A stretch of DNA of 14,176 bases from Candidatus Eiseniibacteriota bacterium (GTDB taxonomy: Bacteria > Eisenbacteria > RBG-16-71-46 > CAIMUX01 > VGJL01). Position numbers and translations under genes: made by a program. Shown in pieces: positions 8,190-14,176 of this stretch (positions within the stretch are counted from its first letter, which is position 1; every line of letters starts with the position of its first letter). The stretch spans positions 1 through 14,176 of the forward strand of contig JBHGAY010000053.1 of the NCBI GenBank assembly GCA_041946735.1. Reading direction: 5' to 3'. Under the pieces are notes generated by a model, which was not told the DNA's origin, made no database searches, and saw nothing but the letters and a program-made list of their open reading frames with translations.

Positions 8190-8250
8190 GCAGACCACCG
8201 CGCGGACGGCGCGCCGGCGAGGTGCGGTGCGCCGCCCGTGTGGGTGCCTT

Positions 8251-8304
8251 CGGCTGCCCGCCTGCCGGGCCCCGGTCGCCCGGCCGCCCGGCTGCCCGGC
8301 TGCC
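8251..8304 (+). repeat. Degenerate octamer tandem repeat (CGGCTGCC-like, 6 copies)
   Basis: cggctgcc cgcctgcc gggccc cggtcgcc cggccgcc cggctgcc cggctgcc, between two convergent genes. Confidence 0.7.
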
Positions 8305-8376
8305 AAAGGGCAAGGCTGGAAGCGCAAGGCCTTCTGGGTGGGTCACGGCGAGGGAAGGGAAGTGCGGCGGCTCGCC

Positions 8377-11109
8377 TTACCGGATGACGCTCCCATCCGC
8401 GTCGATCTCCACCGGCTCCCCGAGCCCGAGGCTGCTCACACCCGGTTCGATCTTCGCTCGGTCTCCGATGAGGATGAAGGTGGCTTCGGCCGGAATCGCG
8501 TAGCGCCGCGCGGCGGCCTGCACATTGGCGAGCGACTCCCCGGCGAGTTCTGCGGGCTCGCGCTCGAGCTCGGACATCGGCCAGCGCAGAGTCCAGAGTG
8601 TCGCCACTCGATTCGCAATGTCTTCGTTGGTGCCGAACCCCGCGGCGTAGTTACGGATCAGCCCGAGCCGCGCGTTCTCGAGTTCCTCGGAGCCGATCGG
8701 TCGCGCGCCGGCTATGCCCTCGAGTTCGGCGATCATCTCCGCCATCGCTTCCTTGGTCTTGTCGGTCTGTACAGCCCCCTGCGCCAGCCATGCCAGGCCG
8801 TCGGCAAAGAGCAGGCGGGCGGTGAACATGCCGTAGGAATAGCCCTTGTCCTGGCGAAGGTTCATGTTCAGCCGGCCGGCGGTACCTCCCCCGAGGACCT
8901 CGTTGGCAAGCGTCCAGCCATAGAAGTCCGGACCCTTGCGGGCCGGCGCGCCATAGACGTGAACGATGTACGTCTGCGCTGCGTCCGGGCGATCGACGAT
9001 CAGGACTTTGCCTTTGGCCATCGGCGCCGGCGGCGGGACCGGAGGAACGGGTGTCGCCGTCCCCGACCAGTCGCCCATCTCTCTCTCCGCGATCGCGCGG
9101 GCTTCCGCGATCGTGACGTCGCCGACGAGAATCAGCGCCGAGGCGTCGGGTCTCCAATGTTCCCTGTGGAAGGCCGAGACTTCGGCTGCGGACAGGGGAG
9201 CAATGGTGCGCCGGAAGCCGATCGTGGGCCGGCTATATGGATGCGAGGGCCCGAAAGCGGCCATCGGCCGAAGCCGCGCGGCAAGCGCGCCCGGATCCTT
9301 CTCCACCTGTTCCAGCTCGTCGAGTTGGAGCTTGCGCTCGCGTTCGACCTCGAGATCGGGATAGGTCGGGGTCCGCACGATCTCGGACAGAAGCGCGAGC
9401 GCCCGACCGAGATTGCCCTTCTGGACTTCGAGCGATTGCCGGACGTTCTCGATCCCGACGATGGTGGACAGTGCTGTGCCGAGGTCACCCAGCGCGTCGG
9501 CGACCGCTAGCGCGTTCTTGGCCTTGGTGCCACGCACCATCGCGCTCGCGGTCAGCCTCGCCAATCCTTCCTTTCCGGGCGGGTCGAGCAGGCTGCCGGC
9601 CCTCGTCACAAGGGTGGCTGTGACAACCGGGAGGTCGTGCCGCTCGACGACGAGGATCTCCAGGCCGTTCTCCAGCCTCTCGCTCGAAACCGAAGGGGGC
9701 TGGAACGGCGAATCGGCGCTCAGGCGCGGTTCAACCCGGCGGTCGGGCTCCGTGACGGCGGGGCGGATCGAGGTCTCCGGATGGAAGCGGAGAACGACTC
9801 TCCGGTCGGTCGCCAGCCACCGGGCCGTCGCGTCGCGGATGGAGCTCGTGGTTGCCCGAAGCACCCGCTGCAGATCCTCGTCGAGTCGCGCCGGGTCGCC
9901 GAAGTAGGTGCTGTAGTAGTTGAGGACGTCCGCCCTGCCTCCGAACGCTCCCATCCTCTCCAGGTTGACCGTGAACTCGGTGAGGTTCTTGGTGCGGGCG
10001 CGTTCGAGCTCCGCGGCGCCAGGACCGTCCTTGGCGAGCCGTAGTATCTCCGAGTCGATCACCTGCTCGATTTCGTCCAGGGATTCGCCCGGGCGCGCGG
10101 TCGCGTCAACGACGAAGGCGCCGGCGATCTCCCTCGAGTCGTTGAACGCGTGAACTTCGCTCGCCAACTGACTCTGGTAGACCAGCGCCTTTTGCAGGCG
10201 AGCCGAGAGGCCGTCGGCCAGGATGCTCGCGGCCAAGGTGAGCGCGGTCTCATCCGGGGCGCCGATCTCCGGTGCCGGCCACCCGAGAAACACGCGGTCC
10301 TGGGGAACACGATCGCTCACATCGACGACCCGTCTCCCCTCGAGGACGGGGATCCAACGACGCGGGCGTTCCAGGGCCGGACCGGGAGGAATCGATCCGA
10401 AGTACTTCTCGACGAGCCGTCTGGTCTCGACGGGGTCGAAGTCGCCAGCGATGACCAACGAGAGATTGTTCGGAGTGTAGAACGTCCGGAAGAACTCTTT
10501 CACATCCTCGAGGGTCGCGGCCTGTAGGTCTTCGTGGCTACCGATCACGGGCCAGGAGTACGGGTGTCCCGCGGGAAAGAGGTTTTCGCCCAGGAGCATG
10601 TACCAGCGGCCGTACGGCTGGTTGTCGAGTTGGAGCCTGCGTTCGTTCCGTACGACGTCGCGCTGATTGTCGAGCTTGGCCTGGGTCAATGCATCGGGCA
10701 GGGTGGCCAGGAGGTCGGAGTGGACCCAGAGCAGGAACTCGAGACTTCCCGAGGGCGCGGTGGAGAAGTAGTTCGTGCGGTCGTTGTTGGTCGTCCCGTT
10801 GGAGTCGCGCCCCGGACGGGCCCCTGCCCGCTGCATCAGCGTGAAGAAGTCGACCGACGCATTCTTCGAACCCTGGAGCATCATGTGCTCGAAGAGGTGG
10901 GCGAATCCGGTGCGTCCCGGCTTCTCGTTCTTCGAGCCGACATGGTACCAGAGGTTCACGTGAACCAGCGGCAGGCGTTGGTCGCGGTGAAGGATCACCT
11001 GGACTCCGTTCGGCAGGACATAATCCTCGAACGAGATCCTGGGGACCTCCGCCGCCGGTGCGAGGCCCGCGACCATATAGAAGTAGAGGGCAAGTAGAGG
11101 CGCGATCAT
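8377..11109 (-). CDS. M16 family (insulinase/pitrilysin, PqqL-like) zinc metallopeptidase, fused two-half form, about 910 aa, probably exported
   Basis: LPNG..V, WYHVGSKNEKPGRTGFAHLFEHMM (HXXEH at 10899-10885), NGTT..DRTNY, VVRNERR, YTPNN..LVIAGDFD. The second half starts LENGL, lacks HXXEH and carries the R/Y motif LRQDKGYSYG. ATG 11109 gives a hydrophobic N-terminus and is preferred over the ORF-track start at 11217. Confidence 0.95.
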   Translation of the reverse strand: MIAPLLALYFYMVAGLAPAAEVPRISFEDYVLPNGVQVILHRDQRLPLVHVNLWYHVGSKNEKPGRTGFAHLFEHMMLQGSKNASVDFFTLMQRAGARPGRDSNGTTNNDRTNYFSTAPSGSLEFLLWVHSDLLATLPDALTQAKLDNQRDVVRNERRLQLDNQPYGRWYMLLGENLFPAGHPYSWPVIGSHEDLQAATLEDVKEFFRTFYTPNNLSLVIAGDFDPVETRRLVEKYFGSIPPGPALERPRRWIPVLEGRRVVDVSDRVPQDRVFLGWPAPEIGAPDETALTLAASILADGLSARLQKALVYQSQLASEVHAFNDSREIAGAFVVDATARPGESLDEIEQVIDSEILRLAKDGPGAAELERARTKNLTEFTVNLERMGAFGGRADVLNYYSTYFGDPARLDEDLQRVLRATTSSIRDATARWLATDRRVVLRFHPETSIRPAVTEPDRRVEPRLSADSPFQPPSVSSERLENGLEILVVERHDLPVVTATLVTRAGSLLDPPGKEGLARLTASAMVRGTKAKNALAVADALGDLGTALSTIVGIENVRQSLEVQKGNLGRALALLSEIVRTPTYPDLEVERERKLQLDELEQVEKDPGALAARLRPMAAFGPSHPYSRPTIGFRRTIAPLSAAEVSAFHREHWRPDASALILVGDVTIAEARAIAEREMGDWSGTATPVPPVPPPAPMAKGKVLIVDRPDAAQTYIVHVYGAPARKGPDFYGWTLANEVLGGGTAGRLNMNLRQDKGYSYGMFTARLLFADGLAWLAQGAVQTDKTKEAMAEMIAELEGIAGARPIGSEELENARLGLIRNYAAGFGTNEDIANRVATLWTLRWPMSELEREPAELAGESLANVQAAARRYAIPAEATFILIGDRAKIEPGVSSLGLGEPVEIDADGSVIR

Positions 11110-11276
11110 CGCTGGAAGATAGCGTGGTTTTAGTTCGTCCGCCAGAACGGATCGGGCGACGCATGGCAAGCGCCGATGTGCCGCATCACGCTGAGTCTGA
11201 AGGCTGCTTCCGGTCACCTTCGGGGCTTCGGCCCAGTCGGTCCTTCTCGATCGCGCAACCCGACCGCTATACGACG

Positions 11277-11510
11277 CTATCCCCCGAATTCCTGCAGGAT
11301 CTTCTTCGCCCCGAGGTTGCGCGGGTTCAGCTCGAGCGACTTCCGGTAGTGCTCGATCGCTTGCTCTTTCCGGCCGGCCTGGAGCAGCGCCTCGCCGAGG
11401 CTGTCGTGCGCATTCCAGGAATCCGGGTAAAGCGCAACGGTCTTCTCGAAGACGTAGACGGCGCGCTCGCAGGAGGTCGAAGCCGACCGCCTGGCCGGCG
11501 GCATGGGCAT
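11277..11510 (-). CDS. Small TPR protein or orphan C-terminal TPR fragment, about 77 aa
   Basis: ERAVYVFEKTVALYPDSWNAHDSLGEALLQAGRKEQAIEHYRKSLELNPRNLGAKKILQEFGG* is a clear TPR (11468-11277). Sequence upstream of it does not look protein-like. ATG 11510 has GGAG 10 nt upstream. It may be a pseudogene. Confidence 0.7.
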   Translation of the reverse strand: MPMPPARRSASTSCERAVYVFEKTVALYPDSWNAHDSLGEALLQAGRKEQAIEHYRKSLELNPRNLGAKKILQEFGG

Positions 11511-11725
11511 GCTGACATTTCTCCGCGACGGAGCAGGGATGATCACGGGATTCGTGTTCGACGATTCGGCCTGCCCACCCGCCCGTAGAACGGCGCAGAC
11601 GGGCGGTATCATCTCCTGCATTCGCGCGACCTTACCGCAGAGCTCGTGGCCCCCATCGTCCATCGAGACGCTGATATTCCTATCGATCCCAGCGACACCC
11701 GGCCGAACGGAGAGAAGAGGTCGGC

Positions 11726-13765
11726 ATGCGACTCCTGAACAGCGTTCTGCTCCTGGCCGTCGCCCTACTGCTGCCCATCGCGAGCTTTGCCCAGGAGCCG
11801 GCATCCGTCGTCGGCTGGGGGACGCAGCGGATCGTCCCCGACGAGGGGCTCGCCGGCTTGGTGACGATCGAAGCCGGCGGGTACCACACGATCGGCCTCC
11901 GTGCGGACGGATCGGTCGTCGCCTGGGGCCGCAACGACTTCCGTCAGTGCGACGTCCCCCCGCTGAACGCCCGCGTGCAGGCGGTAGCGGCCGGGTGGTA
12001 CCACAGCCTGGCCTTGACCGAGGAGGGGGACGTGGTCGCCTGGGGATATAACGAGTACGAGCAGTGCAACATCCCGCCGCCGGCGACACGGTACGTCGCC
12101 GTGGCGGCCGGGTGGTTTCACAGCCTCGCGCTCGACGAGAACGGCTCGATCGTCGCCCGGGGCTGGGACATCTACGGACAGTGCGACGTCCCCGAGCCGA
12201 ACAGCGGATTCGTCGCGATCGCGGCGGGCGGTTACCACAGCATCGGCTTGAAAGCGGACGGTTCGATCGTCGCATGGGGGTTCAACAACGAGGGGCAGTG
12301 CGACGTTCCGCCGCCCAATGCCGGCTTCGTCGCGATCGCCGGCGGCGGCTATCACACCCTCGCGCTTCGCGACGGCGGCTCGATCGAGGCGTGGGGAGCG
12401 AACCTCGATCACCAGTGCGACGTCCCGCAGCCGAACGAGGACTTCATCGGCCTCGCGGCCGCCTGGGGACACAGCTTGGGATTGAAGCAGGACGGATCGA
12501 TCGTTGCGTGGGGCGGAAACTACTACGGCGAGCGCAACGTCCCGGAGCCCAACGAGGGCTTCGTCGATCTCTGCGGCGGCTACGCCTACTCGGTCGGCCT
12601 GAAGGAGGACGGCTCGGTCGTCGCATGGGGGTTGAACGACCACGGGCAGGGAAACGTCCCGTGGCCCAACCGAGGCATCACCATGGTCTCCGGAGGAGGG
12701 AGGCACAGCGCCGCACTGCGCTCCGACGGCTCGATCGTCGCGTGGGGTCTGAACGACGACGGCCAGACGGTCGTGCCCGCGCCGAACGAGTCGTTCGTGA
12801 GCGTGTCGGCGGGCGGGTTCCACACGCTCGGCCTGAAGGCCGACGGCTCGATCGTTGCGTGGGGGCTGAACGAGGACGGACAGTGCGACGTCCCGGCCCC
12901 GAACGCGGACTTCGTCGCCGTCGCGGCCGGCGGCTTCCACAGCATGGGGCTCCGCTCGGACGGATCGATCGTCGTCTGGGGAGAGAATCATTGGGGACAG
13001 CGCTTCGTCCCTGGGACGAACGCCGGCTTCGTCGCAATCGCCGCAGGGGGCTATCACTGCCTCGCGCTGCGGAGCGACGGCAGCGTCGCTGCCTGGGGGG
13101 CCGGGGATCCAGGCGAGTCGGGATGGGCCGACCAGGGCCAGTCGGTCGAGCCGATCCCGAACGAGGGTTTCACCGCCATCGCGGCCAACGGCTATCACAG
13201 TATGGCCTTGCGTTCGGACGGGTCGATCGTCGCGTGGGGATACAACGCGTACGGCCAGTGCGACGTCCCGCTCCCCAATGCCGGCTTCGTCGGGCTCGCC
13301 GCCGGAGGCTTCCACAGCCTCGGCCTGCACGGGGACGGGTCGATCGTGGCGTGGGGGGCGAACGATTCCGGCCAGTGCGACGTTCCCGAGCCGAACGAGG
13401 GATTCTCCGCGGTCAGCGCGGGAGGCGAGCACAGCCTGGCGCTGAAGCCCGACGCGCTTGTTGCGGCAGGCGACGCGGAGGCTCTGCCGCGCATCGCGCT
13501 GCGGGTCCTCGCGAATCCGTTCCTCGAGGGAACGGCGCTTCGCTACGAGCTGTCCGAGGAAGGGCCGGTCGACGTGCGGATCCTCGACGTGCAGGGGCGG
13601 GTTGTGCGCGCGCTCGTCTCGGGTGGCATCGTTGCTCCCGGCTCTCACACGGTGCCCTGGGATGGGCGGAACGACAGCGGGCAAAGGGTGCCCTCGGGCG
13701 TCTACTTCGCGCGGATGCGCGCGGCCGCCGCGCAAATCTCCGTGCCGATCGTGCGATTGAAATGA
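11726..13765 (+). CDS. Secreted RCC1/BLIP-II-like repeat protein (about 14 blades) with C-terminal FlgD-Ig/T9SS-like domain, 679 aa
   Basis: GAAGAGG RBS and signal peptide MRLLNSVLLLAVALLLPIASFA. Repeats of consensus FVAIAAGGYHSLGL.ADGSIVAWG.N..GQCDVP.PN.G. Tail NPF...T.LRYEL....V.V.ILDVQGRVVR.L.....G.H.V.WDGRNDSGQRVPSGVYF.R. Confidence 0.94.
   Translation: MRLLNSVLLLAVALLLPIASFAQEPASVVGWGTQRIVPDEGLAGLVTIEAGGYHTIGLRADGSVVAWGRNDFRQCDVPPLNARVQAVAAGWYHSLALTEEGDVVAWGYNEYEQCNIPPPATRYVAVAAGWFHSLALDENGSIVARGWDIYGQCDVPEPNSGFVAIAAGGYHSIGLKADGSIVAWGFNNEGQCDVPPPNAGFVAIAGGGYHTLALRDGGSIEAWGANLDHQCDVPQPNEDFIGLAAAWGHSLGLKQDGSIVAWGGNYYGERNVPEPNEGFVDLCGGYAYSVGLKEDGSVVAWGLNDHGQGNVPWPNRGITMVSGGGRHSAALRSDGSIVAWGLNDDGQTVVPAPNESFVSVSAGGFHTLGLKADGSIVAWGLNEDGQCDVPAPNADFVAVAAGGFHSMGLRSDGSIVVWGENHWGQRFVPGTNAGFVAIAAGGYHCLALRSDGSVAAWGAGDPGESGWADQGQSVEPIPNEGFTAIAANGYHSMALRSDGSIVAWGYNAYGQCDVPLPNAGFVGLAAGGFHSLGLHGDGSIVAWGANDSGQCDVPEPNEGFSAVSAGGEHSLALKPDALVAAGDAEALPRIALRVLANPFLEGTALRYELSEEGPVDVRILDVQGRVVRALVSGGIVAPGSHTVPWDGRNDSGQRVPSGVYFARMRAAAAQISVPIVRLK
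11804..13453 (+). repeat. Coding tandem repeat, 117-bp (39-aa) period, 13 full units plus two complementary half units
   Basis: CAGTGCGACGT recurs at 12179, 12296 and 12413 (117-nt spacing). The N-terminal half unit SVVGWG complements the last half unit FSAVSAGGEHSLALK. Confidence 0.92.
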
Positions 13766-13932
13766 CATGGAACGACGTCTGAGTCAATCAGTCAGGTCGT
13801 TGCCCCGGCTGGGCACCGCCGGCCGTCGAGTGGCTCGACTGGCCGCGGGAGGCCAGCGCGCCGGTCGGGTGGGTGAGCAGGCTGTCCCCGGCTGTGGGCG
13901 CTCGGTGCCGGCAGGGCGAGCAGCCCGTCCCG

Positions 13933-13976
13933 CAGAAAGTACGGAGAAGTCCTCGAGGACTTGCGCGGAGTTTCTG
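13933..13976. promoter_or_regulatory. 44-bp symmetric dyad CAGAAA-N8-AAGTCCTCGAGGACTT-N8-TTTCTG
   Basis: Perfect 16-bp palindrome at 13947..13962, with equally spaced 6-bp outer arms, in an apparently non-coding region. Confidence 0.5.
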
Positions 13977-14176
13977 GCGGACGCGCGCGCCGTCTTGACG
14001 AGCGCCGCAGGGCGCCACAGAGGACGGCGCCGTCTGTCCGGCCGGCCGGAGCGGCTGCGACAGCGCTCGGAGCGGGGCGCTCGCCGATCCGATCGCCCTG
14101 CGCGGGCGGGCGAGGCGGCCTGACCGGCGGACGAAGCGCCCTCGCTGTCCGTCCGAACGGTCCGGCCAGCTGACAA

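Noticed and set aside
8149..11097. Plus-strand ORFs opposite the M16 peptidase (e.g. 8149..9510, 10534..11097)
   Set aside because: Antisense shadows of a well-supported gene.
11110..11217. 36-aa N-terminal extension of the M16 peptidase
   Set aside because: It would bury the hydrophobic signal-like segment and shows no protein-like conservation pattern.
11511..12275. 332-aa ORF 11277..12275(-) as one gene
   Set aside because: Only the last 63 or so residues are TPR-like; the rest overlaps the BLIP-II-like gene in antisense and is Arg/Pro-rich noise.
11804..13453. Regular 117-bp periodicity as a possible CRISPR array
   Set aside because: The units are degenerate at third codon positions, in frame and protein-coding; there is no repeat-spacer structure and no cas gene.
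11765..13782. Long overlapping ORFs 11765..13768(-) and 12064..13782(+)
   Set aside because: Shadow frames of a high-GC repeat gene; Arg/Ala/Gly-rich translations with no motifs.
6340..14176. CTGACA hexamer near both fragment junctions (6340, 11512) and at the window end (14170)
   Set aside because: Too short to be significant, and the flanking bases share no extended similarity.

Overview
High-GC bacterial window with six confident protein genes and no recognisable rRNA, tRNA, CRISPR array, integrase or transposase. From left to right: (1) the 5' part of a secreted protein on the minus strand that runs off the left edge and is missing from the ORF track, probably a beta-lactamase-family serine hydrolase; (2) a DinB-superfamily protein; (3) a cytoplasmic hybrid histidine kinase with seven PAS domains and a receiver, carrying a 376-bp internal duplication and PAS modules of different GC content; (4) a secreted 8-repeat SBBP-type beta-propeller with a T9SS-like tail; (5) a full-length M16 zinc peptidase; (6) a secreted protein with about 14 BLIP-II/RCC1-like 39-aa repeats (a probable double propeller) and a FlgD-Ig/T9SS-like tail. 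The spacers hold minus-strand gene relics: a multiply frameshifted HTH-like pseudogene, a DUF6448-like C-terminus and an isolated TPR tail. An 18-bp direct repeat brackets the 4.8-kb kinase segment, and there are two symmetric dyads. The tail domains plus high GC suggest an FCB-group lineage such as Ca. Eisenbacteria, Krumholzibacteriota or Latescibacterota (inference). No complete novel system can be proven from the sequence alone. The best leads are the double BLIP-II-like secreted protein, the modular PAS kinase and the repeat-bounded segment. All family assignments come from motif recognition, not database searches.
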